A DNA stretch of 64,000 nucleotides. Source: Candidatus Zhuqueibacterota bacterium. GTDB lineage: Bacteria; Zhuqueibacterota; Zhuqueibacteria; JANLFK01; Oleimicrobiaceae. The notes under the pieces were generated by a model. That model was given only the letters and a program-made list of their open reading frames with translations. It did no database searches and had not been told where the DNA came from. The position numbers and the translations under genes were made by a program. Positions 46,766-57,101 of this stretch are shown here, piece after piece (the first letter of the stretch is position 1; the number at the start of each line of letters is the position of its first letter). The DNA is taken from positions 242,610-306,609 of the forward strand of contig JANLFK010000002.1 of NCBI GenBank assembly GCA_024655945.1, given 5' to 3'.

Positions 46766-47200
46766 CTACCGGCCAGAGTGGAGGGCGGCTTGCAACGAGG
46801 CGGCGATGGCATCCAACTTCGCGCGTGGTGCCAGCCGGCCATAGTCCGGGCCGAAGCGCAAACCAAAGCCATCCCCCCGGTACCTGGGGACCACGTGCAG
46901 ATGCACGTGAAAAACCTCTTGACCTGCAGCTCGGCCATCGGCCAGGTGCAGATTGACCCCTTCGCAGCGCAGGCCACTGGCGCGCAGGGCGCGCGCCACC
47001 TTTTGCGCCACGCGAAACATCTGCGCGCCCGCCTCCGGGTCCAGGTCGGCCAGGCCCGACGCGTGCTGGGCCGGGATAACCAGCACATGTCCCGGGTTCA
47101 CCGGCCGGATGTCCAGGAATGCCCAACACTGTTGGTCGCGATGCACCACGCTGGCCGGTCTACTTCCAGCCACAATCTCACAAAAGACGCATTCCGCCAT
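46766..47200 (-). CDS. HIT-family (histidine triad) hydrolase
   Basis: ...CVFCEIVAG... and ...HVHLHVVPR.... Confidence 0.88.
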   Translation of the reverse strand: MAECVFCEIVAGSRPASVVHRDQQCWAFLDIRPVNPGHVLVIPAQHASGLADLDPEAGAQMFRVAQKVARALRASGLRCEGVNLHLADGRAAGQEVFHVHLHVVPRYRGDGFGLRFGPDYGRLAPRAKLDAIAASLQAALHSGR

Positions 47201-47378
47201 CTCTGTGCCTTTTCATGCCGTAACTGACTTGTCCCACCATCTCTCCGTTCCAAGCCCGCGCGTGCACAGCGCCACCTCGTGCCAAGTGAAGCGAAGCCGC
47301 CGCGCCCTTTCCGCTATCTTCCGCCCAAGGAAGGCCTGGTGCGTTGGCTAAGAAGTGCCTGGTGCTCGCTGGCCTTTC

Positions 47379-48533
47379 TCACCGTGGCGGCCCGTAATCG
47401 AAAGGCAGTTGCTCGGCGAGCCTATCGTGCGACCAACGCCCGTAGCGCACTAAGTCAGCAGGCTCCGGCGCATACCCCGCCAAGTTCACCAGCACCGTGT
47501 CGCGGGCTAACTTGATGAGCGACACCTGATAGCTCCTTTGACTAAACTCATCGGGTTCCAAGATGTAGACCACTTTGAGAAACCCAGGAAAGTGCAGCCT
47601 CACCGTGAACCCGTCCTCGCCAGGTGAGAAGAGCTGCACCTGCTTGGACCTGCTGTCATAGCTGCTCTGCCGGTAGCTGTACAGTTTCGGCGTCCGCCAC
47701 ACCGAAAAGCCCTCCTCCTTGGTGGTGCCGTTGACCAGCGCCTTCAGGAAGTGGCGAAACGAACCGCGGTAGGCGCGCAAACGGTTCTGTTGCCAGGTTC
47801 GCGCCTCTTCTGGGCCGGAAGGCTCCAGCTCAGTGAACTGTGTCTTTGTCTGGTAGTGAGAGGCATCACCACGCACGGAGAATGAGATGAGCAGGGCATG
47901 GATCCGGTAACCCAAACCCCGATTGATGATTTCCAACGGTGCGCCGGCAGAGGCCTGCAGCACCTTGCCCTGCTGGTCCCTGGTGAACTCCAGCACCTCT
48001 GGGTTGAGAATCTCGCTCTGCCTGGCATTGGCGCTTGTTCCCAAGAAGGCACGGCAAAAGTGCTCCAAATCTGCCCGCCACTGATCCAGGTCTTCGGCGC
48101 GCACTTCTATGGGCGGCACTTCTATCACCGTCGGCTCCAAGGAGAACTCGACAACCCTGCCGTCGTCCTGGGGCATGCGCAGCAGGACAGATTCGGCGCG
48201 GTAGCCGATGCGCGAGGCGACCAGCTCGAACTGCCCCTCCGGTATCCTCCGGATGAGGAAGGAGCCGTTGCTGTCGCTGGCGGCCCCGATCGTGCTCTGC
48301 GCTATGAATACGTTCACCAGAGGGAGCGGCTGTCCGGTGGAAGCATCTCTCACCTTGCCGGAAACGGCAAAGCGACCGGCATGGCTCGGAGGTGGCCCGC
48401 CGAAGACTGCAGAGGGCAGGTGCACAACTAACACGCTTGCCCAGAGCTGCCGCAGCCAGAAGCCAGAAGAGCGCCCGCCAGTCACCGGCCTGCACCTTAG
48501 CCGACGGTCCGCCGTGGAAGCCGACCTGTTCAC
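47379..48533 (-). CDS. Secreted protein with an N-terminal carboxypeptidase-regulatory-like (Ig-like/transthyretin) domain. Paralog A of a tandem pair.
   Basis: ...VSGKVRDASTGQPLPLVNVFIAQSTIGAASDSNGSFLIRRIPEGQFELVASRIGY... Shared C-terminal ...RYGRWSHDRLAEQLPFDY.... Confidence 0.7.
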   Translation of the reverse strand: MNRSASTADRRLRCRPVTGGRSSGFWLRQLWASVLVVHLPSAVFGGPPPSHAGRFAVSGKVRDASTGQPLPLVNVFIAQSTIGAASDSNGSFLIRRIPEGQFELVASRIGYRAESVLLRMPQDDGRVVEFSLEPTVIEVPPIEVRAEDLDQWRADLEHFCRAFLGTSANARQSEILNPEVLEFTRDQQGKVLQASAGAPLEIINRGLGYRIHALLISFSVRGDASHYQTKTQFTELEPSGPEEARTWQQNRLRAYRGSFRHFLKALVNGTTKEEGFSVWRTPKLYSYRQSSYDSRSKQVQLFSPGEDGFTVRLHFPGFLKVVYILEPDEFSQRSYQVSLIKLARDTVLVNLAGYAPEPADLVRYGRWSHDRLAEQLPFDYGPPR

Positions 48534-49675
48534 TTCTCCTCCGGCAGGTAGTCGAAAGGCAGCGCTTCGGCCATGCGATCTCGCGCCCAGCGCCCATAGC
48601 GCACCAACACCCCCTCCTCACCTGTGTAGCCAGGCTCGTAGACGATCACCGTATCGGTGAGAGCCTCCAGACAGGAGGTTTGCGCCGGAGCAAAGGAGAA
48701 CTCATCCGATTCTTTGTAATAGACGACCTGAAGGTACTTGCCAAAGTGCAGCTTGGTCTCCCCAGGGAAGTCGCCGGGCGAGAAGAGCTTCTGCAGGGCC
48801 TCTTTGCCGAGGTAGACAAAGTACGCCCTCTCAGACGGCGAGCGCACCGCTCCGGCGGCAAAGCCCTCCTCACTGAGCCGCAGCCCGACCAGGGCCTGGT
48901 AGAAATGCCGAAAAGAGCCGCGGTAGGCCTCCAGTCGCCTCTTTGTCCACTCCTTGCGCTCTTGCTGGCTGCGCGCCGCCAGCTCTTCAAAGATCGGCTT
49001 GACCACGTACTCACACCTGCCGTGGCCGAAGGTGAAGCGCAGCAGCACCGTCGTTATCCGATAGCCGAGCGCTTCGTTCACAATCTCCAAGGCCTCGCTC
49101 GCTGTGGCCGTCAGCACGCCAGACTCCTTGTCCTGCGCAAAGTCGAGGTACTCTGGGTTGATGATGCGGCAGCGCTGCGCATTGGCCGTCTGGCCAAGGA
49201 ACTCGCGGGTGAAGATGCTGAGGTTCCGCTCCCAGTCCTTGGCGCGCGGCGCCTCCACTTCCACCGCAGGCAATTGCAGCACCCGTGGCTCGAGGCGAAA
49301 GTTCAGCTCCATTGTGCTCGGCGCGGCAAACCGCAGCGGCACCGTCTGCACCTTGTACCCCATCATTGACACCACCAGCTCGTGGCTGCCTATGGGGACA
49401 GTGCTAATTCGGTAAAAGCCCTCGCGGTCGGTGGTGGTGCCAATCATGGTGTTGGCCAAGAAGACATTGACGAGCATCAGCGGCTTGCCAGACTGGGCAT
49501 CAACCACCCGGCCATACACGGTACACTTCCCCTCCGGCACCGCTCCCTGTCCCGCAAGTGTCATGCTGCAGCAAACGCCGGCAAGCAACAGGCTCGAAAC
49601 CCTGCTCAGCGAACAACATGCCAGCCGGCGGGGCCAAACGCTTGTCCCTTTCCGCACCATGGACGACCGGAGCAA
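48530..49675 (-). CDS. Secreted protein with an N-terminal carboxypeptidase-regulatory-like domain. Paralog B, with a 4-nt overlap with paralog A.
   Basis: ...VYGRVVDAQSGKPLMLVNVFLANTMIGTTTDREGFYRISTVPIGSHELVVSMMGY... Shared C-terminal ...RYGRWARDRMAEALPFDY.... Confidence 0.7.
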   Translation of the reverse strand: MLRSSMVRKGTSVWPRRLACCSLSRVSSLLLAGVCCSMTLAGQGAVPEGKCTVYGRVVDAQSGKPLMLVNVFLANTMIGTTTDREGFYRISTVPIGSHELVVSMMGYKVQTVPLRFAAPSTMELNFRLEPRVLQLPAVEVEAPRAKDWERNLSIFTREFLGQTANAQRCRIINPEYLDFAQDKESGVLTATASEALEIVNEALGYRITTVLLRFTFGHGRCEYVVKPIFEELAARSQQERKEWTKRRLEAYRGSFRHFYQALVGLRLSEEGFAAGAVRSPSERAYFVYLGKEALQKLFSPGDFPGETKLHFGKYLQVVYYKESDEFSFAPAQTSCLEALTDTVIVYEPGYTGEEGVLVRYGRWARDRMAEALPFDYLPEEK

Positions 49676-49681
49676 GAGAGC

Positions 49682-52470
49682 CTATGGCACCGCTCGCGCT
49701 GTTGCCCGTGGCGAGGCCTCGTCTGCTCGTGGCTTCTCTTGCGGCTCAACCAAGAGGCCTACGGCGCGGTCTTCCTCGGCATTCGTGAGCACCTGCAACA
49801 GCCTGCCACCACTGGCCTTGGGCACGTCGATCACGCGCACCACCTGGGCCAACCACGCATACTCCGGAAGGAGCACAGGCAGCTGGTGCTCGGCGTGGAG
49901 CAAGAACTCCTCGTTGAACACCACGCCATCGTCGTCTGGATAGAGCGGCAGGTAGCGAATGGACGACTCCACCAGGTCCTGGAAGAAGTGGGTGCCAAAA
50001 GAGAGCTCGGGCACATAGTTGCCCTTTGGTCGGGCAATCTCGATAAGCATAGCTGCGCAGTTGATGTCCGAGTAGGTGACGTTCACTCCCAGCTTGATGT
50101 CACCCCTGCTGCCCCAGCGCCCTGGCCCCATGAGGATGAAGCGCCGCTTGGGGAGGCGTTTGTTCAGCAGGCCGACGACTCGCCCCACCTGGAGGAGCTG
50201 CCCGTGGTCGGCCAGCGCGTCATAGGCGTTGGGGTCCACGTAGACAATGTGCGAAATGGCTGGCACTGCTCCGTTGGAGACATACCGGTTGGCCGTGAAG
50301 AGCAATTGCTCCTTAGGGATATCTCGCGGGATAGCCGAAGGAGCCGCGCCTCGCGACCGACTCTGCGGCCGTCATGAGCGAACTCAATGTCCACCGGCAT
50401 GCCGAAGGCGTCCCGCAGCACCGCCAACATCGTCCTGATCTGGGCGACAAAGTCGTTGCGCAATAGCCCCTCGAACGTTACCACGACGTCAGCCTGGCTC
50501 AGGTCGGTGTTGTAGAGCGAGGTCGGATGGTGCAACATCTGCCCATCGTAGAGCGATATTAGCCACTCCAATCCCGGGATTTCATCGCCATGGCGGCGCA
50601 CCAACTGGCGAAAGTCCACGGTCTGGAAGGAATTGGTGCGCAGGTTGATGAGGTCGACCCGCTTTGTGGAGTAGCGAACGATCTCATCGGGCGTGGTATT
50701 GACGCGCAGTTGTGGCTGCCCTGGGGCAATCAAGGTGGGGTAGTCGTCGGCAATGCGGTCCACTGCCCTTGTGCCAAGTCCCGGCACCATTCTGATGACC
50801 CCGTCTTCACGCCGAATGCGCGGGGACCAGCAGAATTCGTTCTGGCTGAAGGCGACGCCGGCGAACGTGGGCAGGAAATAGTCTGCCACCCGGTTGCCCA
50901 CCACCTCCTGCATCATGATGCCCATCTCTTCGTAAAAGTCCAGCAAGCCGTGCTCGATGCGGTACTCGATGGGGTCCGGGGCAAAGGTGGAGGCATACAC
51001 TTCGGCAATCGCATCCATGAGCGCCTCCAGGCGTGCCTCCTTGCTGCCCTGATTGGCCAGGAACAGGCTCTTGTACTTGCCCGAGAACACGGCCCCGGCG
51101 CGATCCTCTAACAGACTGGAACTGCGCACCACGATGGGCCGCTCGCCAAGATCCTCCAACACGGCGCTCAACCCACTGACGATGCGCGGCGGGAAGTGGG
51201 AATGCTTGAAGATCTGGATCAGATTCGGATACTCGAAGCGGATCTCCTCAAGGTCCTTGTACTTCTGCTCATGGACATCTTCCCAGCCGTTGTAGTTCAG
51301 AAAATGCGTGAGGCTATCTGAGGTGATGTACCAAGTCCTGGGGGTGCGCACGCTGCGGAGAAGGGGATACCTGCCCTCCAGGCGGCGAATGACGCGCTCG
51401 GCCAGGAAGAGCCCTGCGCTCTTGCCCCCCAGATGGCCGTGACTCTCTTCGTGATAGACGATGCGGTCGGTGAGCGCGAAAATGTCGCTGAGCGTCACAT
51501 ACTGCTTGGCGACATTAATGAATTCCAACTGCTCGTAGAACAGGCGGCGGATCAGCGAGACCAGAACCCCCTTTTCGTTGGCAGGGGAAAGCTCAACATC
51601 GGCACTGGAACTGAGCCGGTAGCGAGAGATGGCGTTGATGACCTCGCTGAGGGTGGAGCTGGGATTGTCGATGGCGCGCACGAAAAACATCGCCTTGTCC
51701 TCCCGGATCCACCGCTGGATAGCCAGCACGATCTGCTCGCCGCTCAGATGCTCGGCAGCAATCTGGAAAACGCTGTCGCTGAGCTCAAGAATGCGCTCCA
51801 TCGACTGCTTCTGGCTGGGACGATTGGGGGCTTCGGCCTGCAGTTGGTCGGCGAGGGGCTCGGCGTAGCCGAAATCGTGGAGGAGCCTGACCGCAGGCTC
51901 ATTGCCCGCACGGCACAGCTGGCGGAGCATCTTGCGCGCCAGGTAGATGTAGAGCTTGCGGTCTGTCTTGCGCAGCGTTTCCACGATGGCCCGCCACCTT
52001 TCGCTCTCGCGCCCGCCGACGCCCTCTCCGATCCCATCCCATTTGCAGTAAAGGCGCTTCAACTCCAGATAGAGAATCGCGTGCGCCAGCCGGTCAGCAA
52101 GCGTACGCAACAACCTATCCTCTTCTGGAAGAAAATAGCCATCTCTCCCTTTGGGCACCTCGCTGGCATATGAGACCACGAGGCGGCCCACGCTTTTGTC
52201 CTGCACCACCAAGTCGGCGCTCTGCGCGATGGGGCTATCGAGGTATCCCTCCGTCTGAAAGACCTGCCCCTCGTACTCAATCTTCGCCTGGCAGGGCTCC
52301 GGGTACTGCCACCCGGTCGGGATGACCTTGACAACCTGGCGCAGAAGAGCGTCAAGGTCCATTGAGGTATCGGCCAACACCTGCTCTACCCGATAGACGC
52401 AGTTGAGCTCCTTTTCGCGCTCCTTGAGTTCGCGAATCAGGTTCTCGATGTGCTTGTCTTGGTCTGCCAT
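49682..52470 (-). pseudogene. PEP/pyruvate-binding-domain protein (PEP-utilising enzyme, PPDK/PpsA N-terminal-domain family, ~930 aa), interrupted by a frameshift near 50305-50375
   Basis: The 768-aa ORF (50164..52470) becomes nonsense after ...DIEFAHDG. The expected continuation ...QLLFTANRYVSNG... is in ORF 49682..50305 in another frame. Both frames are open across the junction, which is consistent with a single indel. Confidence 0.6.
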
Positions 52471-52589
52471 GGTCGACCCCTTGTGATAATGTGCCCGCCA
52501 CCACCGCGACGGACGTCAAAGTTTGCCGTGCGACATAAATATAACACATCTTCTCGGCAAGCGCAACCATGAAAATTGTGCTCACCAAC

Positions 52590-52616
52590 GAAAAAGGCGT
52601 CCCTCTCGGACGCCTC
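52590..52616 (-). terminator. Rho-independent terminator downstream of gdhA: 8-bp GC stem (GGACGCCU / AGGCGUCC), 5-nt loop, followed by UUUUU on the minus strand
   Basis: Plus-strand AAAAAGGCGTCCCTCTCGGACGCCT at 52591-52615. A second palindrome, CCGGCCCCGCGGCCGG, sits at 52631-52646. Confidence 0.55.
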
Positions 52617-52682
52617 TCTGTGGGCTTGCACCGGCCCCGCGGCCGGTGGAACTCATCCTTTTCTTGCGGGTGATGGCCTTGC

Positions 52683-53969
52683 CTACACCCAGCCACGCAT
52701 CCTCGTGGCCTGCGCCACGCGATCAATGGAGATGACGTACGCCGCATCGCGCATGTAAAGGTTGCGGCGTCTGGCGAGCTCGTACACGGCGTGGAACGCG
52801 GTGGTCATCTTCTCATCGAGCCGCTGCAACACCTCCTCCTTTGTCCAGAAAAAGTTGGTATTGCACTGCACCTGTTCGAAGTAACTACAAGTGACGCCGC
52901 CGGCGTTGGCCAGAAAATCCGGGATGAGGAAGATGCCCCGTTCCTGGATGACCTTGTCGGCCTCAAGCGTGGTCGGCCCATTGGCACCTTCGGCGATGAG
53001 TGTGACGCGCTTGCTAATCTTGCCGACAGTCGTCTCGTTGATCTGGTTCTCCAGAGCAGCGGGGATGAGGATATCGACGTCCTGCTCTATCCAGGCGTCG
53101 CCAGGGAGGATTTCGTAGCCAAGCTCCTGCGCCTTGGCTTTGTCAATAGCTCCGAGCCGGTCCGTGATGGGCCAGAGCTCCTGCATGTCCAAACCCGACT
53201 CGCGCCTGAAGGTGTAGGCCGCCTTATCGGCCTCATCCCAATATGAGGCAGCGATGACTTTGCCGCCCAGTTTCTGGAACAGGTCGATGGCGTACTGCGC
53301 GACATTGCCAAACCCTTGGCAGCTCGCTGTCGTGCCCTTGATGTCGATGCCCAACTCTTTGAGAGCCTCGCGCACCGTGTAGACGACGCCGTAGCCGGTC
53401 GCCTCGGTCCTTCCCAACGACCCGCCGATCCCCACCGGTTTGCCGGTGATGACCCCAGGGTACTTGCCGGCGTGCATGGTCTCGTACTCGTCCATCATCC
53501 ACACCATGTGCTGCGGGTTGGTGTAGACATCCGGCGCAGGCACATCGCGGACTGGCCCGATGTCCCAGCCGACCTGCCTGACCCAGCCGCGGCACAACAG
53601 TTCCTGCTCTCGCATGCTCAGGTGGTGCGGGTCACAGACCACTCCTCCTTTGCCGCCGCCCAGAGGGATGTCTACCACCGCGCACTTCCAGGTCATCCAC
53701 ATGGCCAGAGCGCGGACGGTGTCAATGGTCTCGGAGGGATGAAACCGAACGCCGCCCTTGGCCGGGCCACGGGCATCATTGTGCACGACGCGAAAGCCAC
53801 GAAAGACCTTTACCTCGCCAGAATCCATCCTCACCGGGATGCTGAAATGATACTCTCGCTGCGTATTGCGGAGCAACTCCTTGGTCCCCTGGTCCAATTG
53901 CAGCATCTCGGCAACCTTGTCGAACTGCGCTTGTGCCGTTTCGAAGGGGTTATAGCCCTTTGCCTTCAT
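52683..53969 (-). CDS. gdhA: NAD(P)-dependent glutamate dehydrogenase
   Basis: ...GGVRFHPSETIDTVRALAMWMTWKCAVVDIPLGGGKGG... GDH signature. Confidence 0.92.
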   Translation of the reverse strand: MKAKGYNPFETAQAQFDKVAEMLQLDQGTKELLRNTQREYHFSIPVRMDSGEVKVFRGFRVVHNDARGPAKGGVRFHPSETIDTVRALAMWMTWKCAVVDIPLGGGKGGVVCDPHHLSMREQELLCRGWVRQVGWDIGPVRDVPAPDVYTNPQHMVWMMDEYETMHAGKYPGVITGKPVGIGGSLGRTEATGYGVVYTVREALKELGIDIKGTTASCQGFGNVAQYAIDLFQKLGGKVIAASYWDEADKAAYTFRRESGLDMQELWPITDRLGAIDKAKAQELGYEILPGDAWIEQDVDILIPAALENQINETTVGKISKRVTLIAEGANGPTTLEADKVIQERGIFLIPDFLANAGGVTCSYFEQVQCNTNFFWTKEEVLQRLDEKMTTAFHAVYELARRRNLYMRDAAYVISIDRVAQATRMRGWV

Positions 53970-54211
53970 AACTCCTCCCTGTTAGGTTTGTGCGGCCCAC
54001 CTCGCTCCTCAAGTGCCGTCCGCCACCTCTTTGCCTGGTTGTGCATCGTGGCGGCCGGCGCCCAAATATAGGCAAATAGAGGCAGTTAAACAACAGCTTT
54101 TTGCACTCAGAAGAGCAGCCAAAGGACACTCCGCCGTTCGCGCACAAGCCACGGCCGCTGCGAAACTCCCTCCGGCATCTGACTCTTCGCGCAAAAGAGC
54201 CCTCTGCAGGC

Positions 54212-55561
54212 TCACTTCTTCGATTCCATTTCCAGAAAGCTCGCTGCCAAATGTGCCAGAGCGCGCACGCCGACCACCAGCGCACTCTCGTCCACAAAAA
54301 AGCGAGGGGAGTGATTCTCGGCTACCGTGTCCGGGTCGGCGTCACGGGGTGCGACGCCGAGGTTGAAAAAGAGCCCTGGGATTCTTTGCGCATAGTAGGC
54401 AAAATCCTCTGCCGTGGTCTTTGGCGGTACCTGGAGCGCTTCGCCGCCTGCGGACACCTGGCGCAGCACCGGCACCATGCGCTTGGTCAGATCGGGGTCA
54501 TTGACCAGCACCGGGTAGCCCTTGATGATCTGCACTTGCGCCGTGGCACCAGCGGCTTCGGCGATGGAAGTGGCGGTGCGTGTGATGCGGCGGTGTAAAT
54601 CCTCTCGCGTCTGCTCCCCGAAACTCCGGATGGTGCCCCACAGCTCCACCTGTTCAGGGATGATATTGTTGCGCACCCCGCCGTGAATGCTGCCGATGGT
54701 CACGATGGCGGGCGCCTCGGTGAGGTTGATCTGGCGGCTGACGATGGTCTGCAGCCCCAGGATGATCTGCGCGCTGACCACCACCGGGTCCACGCCGCGC
54801 CAGGGCGCCGCACCGTGCGTCTGCCGCCCCTTCACGGTAATACGCAGCTCATCCACCGCTGCCATTGCCGGGCCCGGGCAGTAAGCAATTGTACCGGCCG
54901 GGAAAGGAAACACATGCAGGCCGAAAATAGCCGAGGGCGCGGGATTCTCCAGTACCCCTTCGGCGATCATCGGCGCCGCGCCGCCTTGTTCACCCTCTGG
55001 CGCTCCCTCCTCTGCCGGCTGGAAGATGAACTTCACCGTGCCGGGGAGCTCGGCGCGCAGGCGCGAGAGCACCGCAGCCGCACCAAGGAGCATCGCCATA
55101 TGCGCATCGTGGCCGCAGGCGTGCATCACCCCCACCTCTTGCCCGCGGAAGGTAGTGCGCACGCGCGAGGCAAAGGGGAGATCCAGTTCCTCGGTCACCG
55201 GCAAGGCATCCATATCCGCGCGCAACGCCACCACCGGGGAATCCTTCGCGCCCCGGAGCAGGCCAACTACGCCGGTGTGCGCCACGCCGGTGCGCACCTC
55301 CAGCCCCAGGCGCTGCAGCTCTGCGGCAACGACCCCCGCCGTTCGGAACTCGCGATTTGACAGCTCAGGGTGGCGATGAAAATCACGGCGCCAGGCAATC
55401 ACCTGCTCTTGGACTTCCGCCGCCAGACGGTCTATTTGGCCGCCGAGTGTGCTCGGCTTCGCCCCGCGCGGGCGGCCTTCTGCACCATCCGCGTAGGCCA
55501 GCAGCAAGCCCACCACGGAGACCAGGCAACAAACCAGATGCGCCTCACCCACAATGGCCAT
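54212..55561 (-). CDS. M20D-family amidohydrolase (hippurate-hydrolase / aminoacylase-like) with signal peptide
   Basis: ...MHACGHDAHMAMLLGAA... metal-binding motif. Start MAIVGEAHLVCCLV with a GAGGAGG RBS. Confidence 0.85.
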   Translation of the reverse strand: MAIVGEAHLVCCLVSVVGLLLAYADGAEGRPRGAKPSTLGGQIDRLAAEVQEQVIAWRRDFHRHPELSNREFRTAGVVAAELQRLGLEVRTGVAHTGVVGLLRGAKDSPVVALRADMDALPVTEELDLPFASRVRTTFRGQEVGVMHACGHDAHMAMLLGAAAVLSRLRAELPGTVKFIFQPAEEGAPEGEQGGAAPMIAEGVLENPAPSAIFGLHVFPFPAGTIAYCPGPAMAAVDELRITVKGRQTHGAAPWRGVDPVVVSAQIILGLQTIVSRQINLTEAPAIVTIGSIHGGVRNNIIPEQVELWGTIRSFGEQTREDLHRRITRTATSIAEAAGATAQVQIIKGYPVLVNDPDLTKRMVPVLRQVSAGGEALQVPPKTTAEDFAYYAQRIPGLFFNLGVAPRDADPDTVAENHSPRFFVDESALVVGVRALAHLAASFLEMESKK

Positions 55562-55592
55562 ATCCACAACCTCCTCGGTTTTTCTTCCGCGA

Positions 55593-56444
55593 TCAGACGG
55601 ACACGATTTGCGTGTCGAATGCAAAGCTGACCGGCAGACCTTCCTCCTGTAATCTCGCCTCCAGCAGGCGCAGGTCGTCGTAGGACAGGTCGCACGGCTC
55701 TTCAATGTGGGTTAGGATTACCCTCTTTGCCGCCAAGCTCCGCACCAGCTCCAGGGTCTGCGCGAAGGTGGCCTCGGACTGGAGAATGGGGTGGTCAGCA
55801 GCCACAAGCCTGGCGCCACTGAGCGGATGAAACTCAGGAATCCCCATCGGCAGCACCGCAAGGTCCACCCCTGCCACCTCAGGGCCTGCTTGCCAGCCGA
55901 TATGCTCGTCAGCGACCACCAGCAGGCGCGCTTGGCCTTCCTCCACAAGAAAGGCGTATACAAAACCCACCGCTAGCGGGATGGGCCTTATGCGCGCGCC
56001 GTTGATGAGGAGTTCCTCCCCTTCCGCCAGTTCCACCACGCGCACCACCCCCTTCTCCTGCAGGTAACTGAAGTGGTTCCATAGGCCAAGTCCGCGCCGA
56101 AAGTCGGCAGCCACGCGCGGCGGCAGGTACACGTCGCAGCAGCGTGGCGCTTGGGGCCAATGCAGCCAGTCCATGTTCATCTCGAAGACCCGGCGCCCTG
56201 CAGTGTGATCCGGGTGCCAGTGCGAGTACAGGCAGCCGTTGACATGCCGCACCGCGGAGCGCGCCAGCTGCCAAGCGCTTTCCTCGGGTGTGTCAATGAG
56301 GATGTCCGGGCCGTGAATGAAAAGGCTTGGCCCAGAACGAGAATAGGGCACCCCGCGTTCGCGCGCCTGGGCGCAGACCCGACACGAACACAGCGGGCGA
56401 GGGATGGTGGTGGCACCTCCGGTACCGAGAAACTCGATAAGCAT
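55593..56444 (-). CDS. MBL-fold metallo-hydrolase (PhnP/GPMB-like)
   Basis: MLIEFLGTGGA... and HxHxDH motif ...SHWHPDHTAG.... Confidence 0.8.
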   Translation of the reverse strand: MLIEFLGTGGATTIPRPLCSCRVCAQARERGVPYSRSGPSLFIHGPDILIDTPEESAWQLARSAVRHVNGCLYSHWHPDHTAGRRVFEMNMDWLHWPQAPRCCDVYLPPRVAADFRRGLGLWNHFSYLQEKGVVRVVELAEGEELLINGARIRPIPLAVGFVYAFLVEEGQARLLVVADEHIGWQAGPEVAGVDLAVLPMGIPEFHPLSGARLVAADHPILQSEATFAQTLELVRSLAAKRVILTHIEEPCDLSYDDLRLLEARLQEEGLPVSFAFDTQIVSV

Positions 56445-57101
56445 TCCTGCCTCACTGCTCAGTCGCCAAGTGCACAAAGGCCGCCAGGTCAGCCTTCAGC
56501 GCCACCAAAGAAGGCTTGTGGCGGCACATGATGTGGCCACCCTGGGAGCGACTCGTGCGTGCCCAGCGGACCGAAAAACTCTTTCCTCACCGCCCCACGT
56601 GGCACGCCGTCTATGCCATGGAGCGTAACACAATGGTCCACCAGTTCGTCGGGCGGCAGGCGGTCGTAGGGTCGGGGCGGGCCGCGGCGGCAGTCTGTCC
56701 TGCGGCGCACTCGTTGAACATGACGCGTCAGGCACATGGCTGCAACGCTGATGCCGCCGACAGATGGGGACATGAGCGTGCCGGCCGTGTGCAGGACAGC
56801 GGTCTTGCCGGCACAAATAGGGTCAGGCAAGGTAAACACCCGTCCCAGCTTACCGCCAAAGCTCACGCTCGCGACTGCAGGCAGCGCCCGTCCCTCTTTC
56901 CCCAGCCCGGCCTCTTGCGCTGGCGCGCCGACAAGGGAGAACATCTTGATCGTCGAACTCCATCCCGGCCGAGTCTGCTCACTTGTGCCCACGGGCAAGC
57001 GGCCTCTGCCCACGTGCTCTGTGGCGGAGGCGTCGTTCTCCTCCCGCGCTGCGGGCAAATCTGCAGAGTCCCCGTGCGCCGCATGGGATCGCGCTCGCGG
57101 C

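Noticed and set aside
45736-46956. 406-aa plus-strand ORF
   Set aside because: Antisense to the URO-D-like and HIT genes. No recognisable domain.
50309-50367. A 59-nt mini-insertion with 6-bp terminal inverted repeats (CTCCTT...AAGGAG) as the cause of the PEP-enzyme frameshift
   Set aside because: Both reading frames stay open through the segment and the flanking residues align as a plausible loop. A single-nucleotide indel explains the data more simply, and the inverted repeat is too short to be meaningful.
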